From: Antedon mediterranea
Taxonomy: Eukaryota; Animalia; Echinodermata
Assembly: GCF_964355755.1 (NCBI RefSeq)
Contig: NC_092675.1
Location: 24,834,912 to 24,898,911 of the forward strand
Direction: 5' to 3'
Length of the DNA: 64,000 bases
Shown here: piece by piece, positions 12,701-25,278 of the stretch
Layout of the letters: each line of letters begins with the position of its first letter
How positions within the stretch are numbered: position 1 is the first letter of the stretch
Translations under genes and position numbers: made by a program
The notes under the pieces: generated by a model
Databases searched by the model: none
Seen by the model: only the letters and a program-made list of their open reading frames with translations
What the model was told of the DNA's origin: nothing

Positions 12701-15700
12701 TCCTACAATTATTCCATCGACAGCTGCAGTAAAGTTTTCACCAGTCACTGCTTCCACTGCAATGTAATATGAACTTCCTGACCGTATTCCGTCAACCGTG
12801 CTAGTAACGGGATGCCAGAAATTTCCGTGATTATCTTTACGGGTCCAAATTTGTCTTTCGTCATTTTCAGATACGAGAAAGGTTGCCATTGATCCGCTAG
12901 GCCCACTCATAAAAAAGTGTACAGAAATGCATATAGAATCATTTTTTGGAACAAAATCGGGGCTTCTCACTTTGCTGTATGAGGTTCCACTGCCAGTTTC
13001 ACGAATGTAAGTATAGTAATCACCTGAAAAAAAACAAGAAATGGATTTGAATGTTTACTTTATACACACTTAAAACTAAGGTGCAATAAGGGGTGCAAAC
13101 CTAAAAAAGGGTGCTAATTTGCGCCTTTTTCTCATAAAATGGTGCAGAGTTCATAAAAGGTTTATTTTTGCACCTTTGATATCGAAAAATGCAGACAAGT
13201 ATAAAAAGGTGCAGAACTGTAATAGTAATTAGGACTCATCTGAAAATATATCGGGAAAACACTTACATTCTTCACCGCCTACACCATTTGATGGTACATT
13301 TATAGCTCCTTCTTCTAGCAAACCGCAAGCACGTTGCCAATTCGTTCCTGTTGCATTAGCTAAGCTCCATTCACATGAAGATGTTTCAAATTGACAATAT
13401 AAAATAGTATCTTCTGTAAAACAAAATCAACCAACATACATAATTCTATAATACGGTTAGTGATAAAACATTAAAAATAAAATACATTCACAGATTAATC
13501 CGGGCAATATCCACATTATTATTCTTGTTTTTTTTCCTTATGAAAGAAATTACACAAATAATAATTAATAGGCCTATAATATCAAAATAAAAATAATTTT
13601 TAAGATTGAAGTTATGAACAATTTAATAATAACCCGATAATAATCCATTGAATAAGTGATCAAAATTTTACAAAAACCCATTGTTTGAGGCATGCTAATA
13701 TTTACATAATAAACCTGATTGAGCTTGGTTCCCACTAGCGTGGCAACGTAACGCAATCTACGCAACAACGTAAGCAAATGCCCTTCTAATAGTTGTGTTT
13801 GCCCCCACTTCCGTGAAATCAAACCTGCGATGTTTGCAGCACTGTTGCGTCGTCGGTTCTAGTGGGAACCACGCTTTAGGTAATAATTCTAAATAAATGT
13901 TAGTACTTTACCAATTGTTGGTTTTCGAATCATCACTTCTCCATCGTCAGATGTATACGTCATCCTATCGACTGCATATTGCGATGGAAGTAAATATGAT
14001 ACACGAGTATTGATACCGTACGTCATAACCAGGAACTTAGCGGTGGAATCAGAGTGACGTAATGTATAAGACCCTTTACGTACCGAACCTGTTATACAAC
14101 ACATGCCGTTGCCGAAATAATATTGACGCCAAAAATCAGTACGTGTTATAAATGAATTTGTAGATAGTAGCAACACTCCTTTATCAAAATAACGACATTC
14201 TGCTGTTATAGAAATATAATTGTTGAATGCCGTCGAACTGGTGCCATTAAAAGTAGAAAAGAAAACCTCTCCTGTAAATTGTTGAACAGCAGGAACTATT
14301 GCCATAGCTGGATCACCCTTACCACTTCCTAATTTCCCACTTTTTATGAATTGAGCTACAAGTATAGGTTTGCTTGATGTAATCCATCTTGCTGACAATT
14401 TGTCGACAATGTAGTCGGTGTATTCTCCAGCATGTATTGTTACCTGCTCATCACTGCTGCTATCTAAAAATGTCGTGTTGTCGTAGGCTGCTAAAATACG
14501 ATACACGTATCCAGGCTGGGTGCCCAAAAATGGTGCTAGCGCAAATTCATAACCATAGGAACTCACTGGCGGAATAAATTCGACCAAATGATCGCAGGGT
14601 GAGCTGGAAGCAGGTACAAAAGCGCATGATGTTCCTGCTTGTAACGCTATTGGTTTGTCAGCTAAAATATAAGTACCCGTACAGTCACCGAAACTCTGAA
14701 TTTGTATAGTTTCTTTAAAATCTAGAATTTGTGAAATAACTTCACCTTTCTTGTACGTTTTTGATTTAAATAACAAATCATCACGTAATACCTTTATAGT
14801 TACGTTTGTTGATGGTCTGACAGCTGTGATGGCAAACTCGGAGTATTCATATGATGGAGCATCAAAGGACATAACATAGTATTCATTTCCAAGTGCATCA
14901 ACAGGAAGTGCTTGAAAAGCGTCAGTTGTCGTTGAATCTGAGTCAATACCAGCAACGTGTATTTCTTTATTACTTGTTATCTGTACTGCGACGTCGTGAG
15001 AGTCGGCAGTTCTAGCAACGAGTGAATTTGGCAAGTCTACATATATGCTACTTCTGTAGTATATTCTATGTGTGCTGTTGTGGTTTTTAGAAGTAATATA
15101 GACTGTTGTATATCCTTCTGCAATTCCAGTAATTAAAACATACGGATCAGAGCTGTGCGTCTGGTGGTTGTCCATGAAAGTAAAAATAAAATTTCTACCA
15201 ACGCTATCTCTTGATTCATAAACGGTATCTTTGTCTAAGAAAAAAATAAATAAAATCGACATGCTCATATTAACGAAGATTAATTGAAACTTGTACACTA
15301 AAAAAATATACGATCAGTACAAAGTGAATGCATTCTTAGTAGGCCGACGGTTTTCTTTTTTCATTTTCTGTTAACATTAAACTAAAACATTTATGTATTA
15401 TTATAGTATGTGTACCCAGTGATTCAATTTAACTCTTTCCTGGTGTACGATAGCTCACATACAAGTTAAAGCATTTTATTTAGTCGTTGAGATTTTGTGC
15501 GCGCGCACTGCTGCAATGTTTTATATGTTTGTATGTTATTCATTTTTTCAATAAATTAGCGTTCATTATTCTAGTATAGCATGCAAATCGTAACAATGCT
15601 AAATCTTTAATGAGCATGTCAATGGTAAATCTAGTTCAGTGTCTAGGCATAACTATATTATGCAGAAACATGGAGGAAATACGATTCAATACAGCAAACT

Positions 15701-15901
15701 TTATTTATTTGATTTAAATGTCTGTGCAACTATCGGCATTCCATGAGCGTCTAACTTAATAATTACATAATTTACATTTACATGAAATAAAAACTTACCT
15801 AAAACTGCATATGTTCTAGCCTTACTGGACATGATGATAGTTATAATGAGAAGAACAGCGAAAAGACTAAACTTCCCATTTCCGCAGCCAGCATGCGCCA
15901 T
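6401..15901 (-). CDS. Type I membrane adhesion/receptor-like protein: SP, IgGFc-binding N-terminal domain, MAM, Ig, Ig, FN3, Ig, FN3, FN3, TM, short tail (~1343 aa)
   Basis: Twelve GT-AG exons in consistent phase: 15901-15799 (signal peptide), 15234-13912 (IgGFc-binding: SVGRNFIFTFMDN, ALPVDALGNEYYV, CDHLVEFIPPVSSYG, GDPAMAIVP), 13413-13267 and 13023-12682 (MAM: CQFETSSCEW...AAVDGIIVGDGPC), 12254-11940 and 10977-10654 (Ig: DNGEYFC, DNGQYRC), 10237-9944 (FN3: PDPPTNL), 9619-9296 (Ig), 8986-8684 and 7974-7633 (FN3), 7391-7241 (TM LAIGLGLLTLLVIIILAAVIV then KLRKRR), 6464-6401 (tail, TAG). Total 4032 nt, no internal stops found. Confidence 0.9.
6571..6703. mobile_element. Harbinger/Tourist-type MITE, family A copy 1
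   Basis: Ends ...TTTGATAGTGTAGACAGCT, is flanked by TAA on both sides, and has internal GATGTGCCC/GGGCACAT inverted motifs shared with five other copies. Confidence 0.75.
6801..6882 (+). mobile_element. Non-autonomous Helentron/DINE-1-like element (3' part)
   Basis: (GGTC/GGTT)n microsatellite, GCACGCGACT subterminal motif, GCCATGTATATGGC hairpin and CTTGTT end; matches 9083-9161 and 17311-17448. Confidence 0.65.
8000..8460 (+). mobile_element. Degenerate 3' fragment of an RTE-clade LINE in an intron
   Basis: Frameshifted translation gives TKIRLKQTLIFPIACYARETWTL, CWRRML, YFGH, LEKI, KIEGARRQGRP and RW, typical of the RTE ORF C-terminus. Confidence 0.8.
9083..9161 (+). mobile_element. Non-autonomous Helentron/DINE-1-like element (3' part)
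   Basis: Near-identical to 6801-6882. Confidence 0.65.
9665..9755. repeat. Interrupted (TA)n microsatellite
   Basis: Visible TA runs with repeated GTTATAGA interruptions. Confidence 0.95.
9789..9917. mobile_element. Harbinger-type MITE, family A copy 2
   Basis: TTA|AGCTCTGTCTACACTATCAAA start; right end truncated at TTTGATAG. Confidence 0.75.
13722..13875. mobile_element. MITE family B (Harbinger-like)
   Basis: TIRs AGCTTGGTTCCCACTAG / CTAGTGGGAACCACGCT with internal ACGCAA repeats; a related fragment lies at ~49187-49240. Confidence 0.7.
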
Positions 15902-17310
15902 AATTACCCTATGGATAAATTAAAATGAAATACATTTTTTTTAAATAATCATCTGAGTATATTAGAAGAGAGGAGGATAGGGACAGGGTTACATCCGGAA
16001 CAAAAGACTATGAAATATGGAATTTCCAGAGGGCGTCATTCAAGGCTATAATAATTGTGACTACGTGTGCAAGTGGCCGTTATTAGTGATTTTAAAATAA
16101 AGTGAAATCCACGTGGCTACGATGTGAGTAACATTCAATCCTAATATGACCTTATGTAGGCTTTATAGTATATATTTCTAATGAATTAAGCTTAGGCCTA
16201 CAATTTTTCGGAACATATTACGTTTTCATTTTGAAAATTGGAATAATTTCCAGCGAATTATTCGTTAAAGATAGGGCCTAATCAGGTTACGTTTTCATTC
16301 TAGTCCTACTTTCACCGCTGATTTGTGTTCATTTCATCAATGTGTTTTAGTGACATCACCATATACATTGCACATGCACTATAAATAAACATTTGTCCTA
16401 GGCCAAACCTTCAGTGCTTTACGTATCAATAGATGTAAAACAGAACATGAGTTTTCAACTCTTGCATAACGTGACACGAGACAACTCGGTTGAAACCAAG
16501 TTCTCGCGGTTAAAACCTGTACTTACCAGTACCACGGTACTACAGCAATGCTAGTCGTATAATTTAAATTGCGGCTAAATTAATGATATAAAAATTGTTT
16601 GGCATGGTTACAGTCATTTCCTACATCAAATAACAATTGGCCTACAGGAGATTATTTCCTGTTTTTATCCTGTCGAAGATGATCATGTGACTATGAAACA
16701 ATACCTCTGTGAACCATAAAAACGCAAACGATTCATAATAGAATGTTAAGACCTCAAATGTTATTTTAAACCATATCGCGGGTTTTTAAATGTCTAAAAC
16801 AGGAAGCTTACAGATTTTTTTTTTGTCAATGGTCAGAACCTTCGAGTACAACTTGTCATGTGACGACAAACATCTAATAATTACGGCAACATGTTTCCTT
16901 CATTGGCAATTGTATTGTTATGCACCACTTCCTCATTTTGGTATCTATATATTACTACTGTATAGCAAAAAAACATTCAATAAAATACAAATACAACTTG
17001 ATAGCAAGGTAACAAGTTTTTATATCTACAGCTCGTTTAAGTAGTCAAATTTACTGTCATTTGGGAATTTTTCTTACTGTATAGTTCGTACCGTAACTAT
17101 AATCCCTATACCCCTTAAAAAGAATCAATGACATGATAGAAAAAAAGAGACAAACTCACCAGAATATTACACATTGTGTAAACAGTAAATAAATAAATGA
17201 AATTGGGAAGTTCTAGCAATCTCAGAGGTATTGTTCTTTTCAAATACATGATCAATATTTAGCATTGGTTTTTAGTAAACTATCAACACGCATTCTGGAC
17301 CTAAATCAAT

Positions 17311-17448
17311 ACAAGGCCATATATATGGTTGCAGTCGCGTGCTTAAGTTAGTGTTTACCGACTAACCGACCGACCAACCAACCGACCGACCGACCAACCA
17401 ACCGACCGACCGACATGAGATGTAGAGTGGCGATGCACGCGACTATAA
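17311..17448 (-). mobile_element. Full-length non-autonomous Helentron/DINE-1-like element
   Basis: Subterminal inverted repeats AGTCGCGTGC (17333) and GCACGCGACT (17435), central (GACC/AACC)n, terminal hairpin and CTTGT end. A deleted relative lies at ~40499-40550. Confidence 0.65.
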
Positions 17449-19238
17449 TTAGTATATATGATAGTGTTGGTTATTTTTTATCGAGTCACTTTCATCTCTA
17501 CCCCAGATAAGTCCGAACGCTGTATCAAAACGGCGACGGATTTCAAACGTAATGCAAACCACAGTAGGCCTATAGGCCCTAGGCCTAGTTGTAGGCTTAT
17601 ACCGTAAAGGCTTATACAGTAAACTTAGTTTTTATACCGTCGAAATACAAATACTGATATTCTATTTTGCTTGTCCATAGAGTCTACATCGAAAGGGCTC
17701 AGGAAATGATACAAACATAAACAAAATACAATTACGAGGTTGTATTAAAGTTTTAGTTTTAAGACTTTTGTTTAATGAAAGATAAATCCAAGTGGTACTG
17801 GACCTTAACCTCGCTTCCTATTGTATCTAGGGTATTACTATCATAATTGATATACCGTTTGTAAAATGAAAAATCATCCTGTATTTTATGTTTAGATCTG
17901 ATAGACTATGATTGGCATATTAACATAATCTTACTCTTCTTTGAAGGTTAAAATAAGTGCTATGCCTTAACTCAATCCATTTTAAAAAGGTTTTCTAATA
18001 CAATTATATTAATTTTTTGTATTTTCCACTATCGATGAAGTAAATAAAGCCCTTATTGCTTTATATTTTCGCATGTTGTTACAACACAATTTATAAATCA
18101 TGTGTTATTTTGGAAACTCGTACCTGTAAGCTGAAACTATAGTCTATGTTTGATGTAAAATATTTTTTAATGAAATGATAATGATAACCATAAGAAAATT
18201 ATATATGTTATAACGATGCTTGGAAACAAAAAAATTAACGATGCAGTAGGCATATCTTCTTGGTGTTAACTTTTGCTTTCTTTTGTAAGTGTAGTATAGA
18301 CAAATTTAAGAAAATTAAGGAAGAAATGAGGTAATATGGAATATAAAGTGACATTACAACATTTTAAAATTTTATAGGCCTACCACTAATGATAACAAAT
18401 TGTAGGCCTAAAGATATTATACATTTTTTTGTTATTGTGTAGAATTAAATAAGATAATAATGAAAATGTATCGAATGACATTAGGCCTGACATTGGAACA
18501 AAATTAGCTATCTATGTAGTGAAGTGTTAATGATAATACTTTATAGAAAAGTAATTATACTAACTAAACTTATCTAACAAATTGCGTTGATAATGTGGTG
18601 TGCTCAATGATGTTAAAAAAAAATAAAAAACGTAGAGAACAGACTGTATAACAATTAATATATACACCACGAATATAGTAAAAGTGAGATACTCACGATA
18701 TGCGTGACACAGTGTCAGTTGTTTTGGTGAATGCACTCCGGTTTTTATAAGCTACTGAAGTGTTCTACCAAGGGAAGCGATGTTGTGTATCCTGAGATGA
18801 TATACTTTCCTGTTACAGGAAACCGTTGGCCATATGCTACAGCTTGATACAATGTTATGAGACAATACAATCTACAGCACCTCGTTACCAATATACAAAG
18901 ATGATCGATTACAAATAATGGCAAATTAAAAACAATTCTTGTTTTATTTTCAATCAATATAATTATTATCCCTTCTTTTTGTTTAACTATAAAAAAAAAC
19001 ATAGGTTCGTATGGCGTTGAAGATGTAAAAGAAGCATCCACTAAAATGTAAAAAAAATGTTTCTTTTCCAAAACTCCAACCAATAAACGTTTACAACCTC
19101 TTTAAAATTAACGTAAGCAGTTTAATTTTTAACAAGTTAAATGTGTTGGTATGCGTTCTCATGTTTGAACTTTGAAGGACTTACAGTGATATGACTGGAA
19201 GGTGTCAGTCGGTATGCGATAGTGTGTAACAGACAGTA

Positions 19239-22200
19239 GGCTCAGGCTCACTATACCAACACGAATATGAAAAACCAATGTCGCCTATATTTACTGTGTT
19301 ATATATTTAAAACTATGGACAAAAAGTGTGATTTAAAGCGTTATGACGGTACAGGAAACGTTATTCTTTGTATTGGCCAAGTTTCATTTTGAAAATCCTT
19401 GCCCTTAAAAAATAATGTCACTTTAAACTTCATGATATGACACAAAACCGCCTGTCGCCGGCCAATTTCATAATATTCACTAGTGTAAAAATTAAATATA
19501 ATCCCATTTATCATTGTAAATACTGTATATTTTGGAGCCTTACCTATACGTTTAATGCATGTAAGTGAAATTTTGACAAAAAATGAGTTTTATTTAAAAA
19601 AATTCTTCAATTAAATATGTCGCACAAATGACGTAACTTACGTTACAGACTTTAAAAAATGCATTAAATATCAATTAATAATTACCTATAAAAGTGTTTT
19701 TCTTCGTATTATATGTGATTTGTACTCTTGATAAGGATTATATTGCTTGCACGGATGAAATATAATGTAAATACGTTATAAAATTGCCTGGAAAGTGTTA
19801 ATGAAAAACGATTGGTTAAGCGATGTAACCTACGTTACCCCATTTCTTCTTAGGATCCGGTTTGTGTACACACATGTTATAATAATTTATAAGATTAGTT
19901 ACGTCAAGTTTAATTTTAAACTGATTATTTTGTTGTTGTTTTAAGATTTAATTATTTGAGCCTTTGAAGTTCATTTGAAATTTACGTTATGGTAACTTAC
20001 GTTACCATATATATTGTTACTGATGAGTTTTAATATTGTGGACATTTCTAAGGAATACAGATATTCTTATGATCAAGAAAACGCCCTCTGATACAATAAA
20101 AAGTTTTAACCACGTGATTCGGCAGACAGCGGCAATTTTGACCACGTTTTTATAAATACTTCTTCACAATTTCATAGTTTATTCGTCATATATCAGATTT
20201 TCGAGTATATTTTAGTAAGTATTCAAATGCTTAATTCACTAAAGATCATTTAGAACAACTTTCCTAATGTTTATAATTTAGGAAATTAGACAGATATGCA
20301 AGTATGTTATTACATTGTACAATTTACACTAGTAAGCTAGCACAGGCAACAACGTAACGTAAATTACACTACATGTAACGTAGGTTACCATTTTATATAC
20401 CTCATTTCTAAGACGTCTTGTTTTTTTTCTAATCAGTATATTCAAATAATTTAAGTTATATTATACAGGCAATAATGAACATTACCTCCAACCGGAGTTG
20501 ATTTTATTTATGGTTATTTTATGGGAAGTTTCTTTGCCCTTGATACTATGGTAACGTAAGTTTCACATTGATGTTGTATGTCTATGTTGTTGTAACATTA
20601 CCGAACATAGCAATGATATTAAGATAATATCTGTGTATATATGTTTATGAATATTCATTGTCAAACGTATGTCATGTACCTGGATACATCTTGTTTCATT
20701 GTAATATCGATACTCACAAGTATTAATAGTAAGTTCATGGTAACGTAAGTTACATAATTTACTACATACAAAGTCAATGTATTTTTTTACATTATGGTTA
20801 TTTAAAATGTAAAAATATAGTTTAATATTTGTTTATTTCGATTTAATACTAATACATTTTGTTAAACACTAGGTGACACTGGTGATAATGGTAAAGTCAC
20901 GAGCCGAGATTCAGGCAGCGTATCGGGAACGACAAAAAGAGAAGCGAGGAGCAGAGTACTTGCAAGCAGAAGCAAGACGTGTAATGAAATACTTTGTTCC
21001 GTCAGCAGAACTTACAACAAAAGATAGAAATGCACGGACAGCGACGGTGAAAAGAAGAGTACAGAAACATTGAAGGTACGTGAAGCAAGTTCAAGCCCAA
21101 CTACAAGTACAACACCCAGAAGAAGCTGACGAACCTAGTAGTAGTAATGATGATTCAGCCATATCTTCCGATGTGGTTTCACCAACTTCTCCTCTACGCA
21201 TCAAGATGTCGTTTAAGAGACGTATTTCTACTCGAAAACGTGTTGGCAGAGCACTAAGTCGAGCCCATCGTCGCATCGAAAAATTAAATCTGGAGTTACA
21301 GAAAATGACCATACAAAAAAAAACCATAAACAAGCGCTATGAAAGAGCTTTGAAGAAAGTAAATAAGAATTGCATCCCATCTACCAGTCATGACTCGTCC
21401 ATGAGTAGTACTGACTCTCCAAGATCGAAAGCAAATCAGGATTTACGAAATGCAGGTAGGTCACGAATGAATGTACTGTTTTATTCACGCATAATTATTA
21501 TTAATAATGATAATATTGGCTATTTATAATATAGAGCAAATATCCACAAAATGTACTCAATGCCTTATAATTGATAACTTGTTCCATGTCGTGTATGGTG
21601 ATGTGAATATACGTATTTTCTTTTTCTGCCCATTACATGCCGCTTAAACCATTATCTTCCTGAACATATCAATTGAGATAATATTTAAATATTCTAAACC
21701 ATACTTAATTTAGTATTGATGTAATTTCCAATTTTCTAGGTATGTCACCAAGATCAGTACCCAAAGGGTTGAAAAAACAACTCCTGCTTTCACATGCACT
21801 GCTCGATGAAATAAGAGAGAGCACAGAGATAAATCAAGGGCAGAAGGCCAGAAGAATGATTAGCAATGTTCTATCTGGAAAGATAATCAAGAAATACAGG
21901 TTAATCGCGCGTGTTTCAAGGGAGTCGGGCCTTGGTCAACGTAACCTATCCAAGACGAAAAAGCAAGGAATCACAGCTGCGAAGTATGTAAAAAAGGCGT
22001 GGGGAGTTCTTCATAATGAAGTATTAGGCTTCATGGAAAGAGATGACAACTCCAGGATGATGCCAGGAAAACGAGATGCCTGCAAAACATCTTCTACCAA
22101 AGAAAAACGCCAGATAAGATACCTCAATGATTACATGATGAACTTGTTTGCCAAGTACAAAAGTGAAAATCCCGAGCAACGGAAGGTTTCTTTTTCCTCG

Positions 22201-23338
22201 TTTAAGAAAATCCGACAAAGAAATGCTAATATTAAACTTGTCAAATTCACAGCAAGAAACACAAGTCTTTGCCAAAAACATCAGAACTTTGCCCTTAAAA
22301 GTTAAACGTATTAAAATCTCTAGGTGTGATCACAATCACAAGCCCCGATGAAGCAATCAAATCAATTAATTGAAACATTAAAGGAAATGTAACTTACGTT
22401 ACTAAGAAAGTTGAGACTGATATAAGCATTAGGCCAAGCAACTGTAAAGTTCACAGAATTATAATAAATAATAATAATCATATTAACCAAAACAATAGTA
22501 TGTACACTAGCATTATAAAACTCACTAATTTACATTTTCATATGGGAGTTTTTATGAATAAATATATATTATACATATAAAATATGCATTGAATTAATAG
22601 AAAATAAAAAAAGGATGATTTAATGAAACATATAATCTGTTTGCCTTCTCTAAAGTGATGGCAATGATCTAAAATACCAATGAGGTTTATTGTTAAAAGT
22701 TACAAATGTTGTTTTTATTTAACTATTTTGATGACGAATTCATCTTTCAATTCAGTAATTTACGTTACTGAATACGTAATTTACGTTACTCAATTGTAAC
22801 ACAGTATACATTTTCTAAGAAAGATAACACCAGTTTTGTCATATGACTATTTAATAGAGTACAGTAATGAGTGTTATTTTATGTGAATTTAAGACAGGAA
22901 TGTATGCGGACATACAAGAAATCAACAACAACCTTTGATTGACGACTCATGTTATTATGGATGTTAATAAAGTATAAACTATAAAATACAATATGTATTA
23001 GTGAATGTAACAATATGTAAGTTATTATACATGTTTTTGTTTGATTACATACACTATTTTATAGTTTCATATTCATAGAAATATAATATTGTTGCCTTTA
23101 TAATCGTTTACATTGAAAGTCGAAAATAAAACATGTAACGTAGGTTACAACCACGATTCCAGTTGCGATCATTCATTTTGTTGACAATTTTACATTGATA
23201 AATATTATGTGAGGAAAATAACAGAGAAGTAAATATAGATGTTGCACTTTAGTTTAGTAACAATTATAAAATGTTTCGTCAACATTTGTTTTTGAGAATT
23301 TTCATTTCCTAATGTTGCTAATATACTGAGCCCGAGCC
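19239..23338 (+). mobile_element. Sola-like (probably Sola2) DNA transposon, internally deleted
   Basis: Imperfect TIRs GGCTCAGGCTCACTATA / TATACTGAGCCCGAGCC (15/17), identical 4-bp flanks AGTA (19235-19238 and 23339-23342), about 11 GTAACNTACGTTAC-type motifs, and a transposase remnant inside. Confidence 0.8.
20888..22380 (+). pseudogene. Transposase pseudogene (N-terminal half only)
   Basis: Exon to 21455, GT-AG intron 21456-21739, second exon from 21740. Motifs FMERDDNSRMMPGKRD, QIRYLND, SFSSFKKIR and LCQKHQNFALK. In-frame TGA at 21071, frameshift near 22300, catalytic core absent. Confidence 0.75.
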
Positions 23339-25278
23339 AGTACCGCAATAGGCCTACAACGAAAAAACATCAATAGGCCTACATTTTTAACAAATTTTTA
23401 ATCGAGATTATTGTAAATAGAACCCATGATATTCGTAATTTTTGTCAGTAAATTTGCCCAAAGAAAAAAGGGAAATTTTGTAGTAGGATAGAGTGCATGA
23501 AATCAGTTAACATTTAAAATCCTTATAGTATGGTCAATAGATTGTTTGTTAGTAACCGCAATCCGTGGTGAAAGAGTAGGCCTACACAGTTACAACAATT
23601 ACAAAAACAAATTGTGTAGTTATATTTTGGAGTTAATAAGTTATTCATTTCTAATATACAACAAAATAATGCCATAATATAGTTACAAAAATATTTAATG
23701 AATGCAAAGTTTAAAGTGTTGCCATTTGGAATATACATCACTATATACATTAAAATGTGAATGCTTTCTTGCACGAGAAAACATTGATGTAATTATATCC
23801 TATAATTCCAATACATGTTTCCAACTTTAATGATATTTTGGTAATACAATAAAATATATAAAATTAAAAAAAATAGGAAAGAGCATTTTTAAATAATTAT
23901 CTATTTATTTTATTAATTTCACAAACATTTAAAACAAACAATACATAATAGACTTTGCAGTAAGAAAAGGCGCAAGATTGGGAAGAGATCAGAGGACCAC
24001 TGTCGCCAGCCTGCCACACCACCATTCAAAGCATATAAACAACAAATAAAATAATATATTATGGTGTATGTTTTTCGCGCGAGTTTAGTGAATGTGTACG
24101 TGAATGCGAACTGACAGAAGAATTGCGAGCGGCGGTACAAAAAAGAACAATTCAATCCGATACTTTTCGAGCACTGCTGCACAAAATGTCTTTTGTCCGC
24201 GGCCCTCTATAGGAAGTAAATAATAAAATAATATTTGGATTGGTAATACCTGTATTATTAACAGTTCAACGAACGGCGGGTTATAAATCGTATGCGCAGT
24301 CTGATATATTACAAATTTGGCACACAACGGAGACAAGCAAACATACACGAGTTGAGGTTCAGTCATTTAAACGTGCCTCGTTATTGACAGTCGTTACGTG
24401 GTGTTCAATAAAGCACAATCACATACAAATACATTGTTCGTTTTCTTTTCGTTGTGCGTTTATGCATACTTTGCTGCTGTACGTTTGTGCGAGTACGTTG
24501 TATGGTTGTAATCGTATTTTTGGCGGCGATTGCCTTCCATATACGTCCGCCCTCTAGAGCGCCAATACACAGCAGACATATGGGAGAACATGCGACATGC
24601 GAGCGAACCTGCTGCATGCTCTAACGCTGGCGAGATCGATTCGAGAAAGGCATAATAGGGATTAGGCTAGGCCTAGCACAGAAGCAGAAAAACAGGAGTA
24701 GGAGCCACTACAAGGAAGGGCTAGAATAACCCCAATAAGCTAAGTAAGTTAGGTACAGGGTCTCCTAGTATATTATTCAGTATATATAGTGTGCCATACA
24801 TTACATAACTTAAATTACGAGACTTTTATATTCGAATTTAAATTACTACTACTATATTCCCACATGATGATGACGATGTCATGATGTTATAAAATCTAGG
24901 CCTAAATGAAGATGTTAATCTCATCATAAAAAGATAAATTGTCTGAGCAACACATTTTAAAGAAAATCGGGCATGCAGAAGCTTGATGATGCGCACTACT
25001 CTTAAATGTGATGAACTATGTGTATTAAGGAGATCTATCTAGGCCTAGAGGCTATTAGTATGTGTATGTGTAAAGAGATATGAACTTAACCACAAGTTAA
25101 GTTCGCCAAATGCAGATAGATATTGAACCAATCAATTAATTTTTAACATGAAATTGTAATATTTTGTAAATTTTATCATACAGATACATTACTTTCATTA
25201 ATTTGGTTTTCTTTTTTTTTTTAGAATTTCCACAATCTACTGTATCAAGATAAAATCAAATCTAGGCCTAGTCATTGA

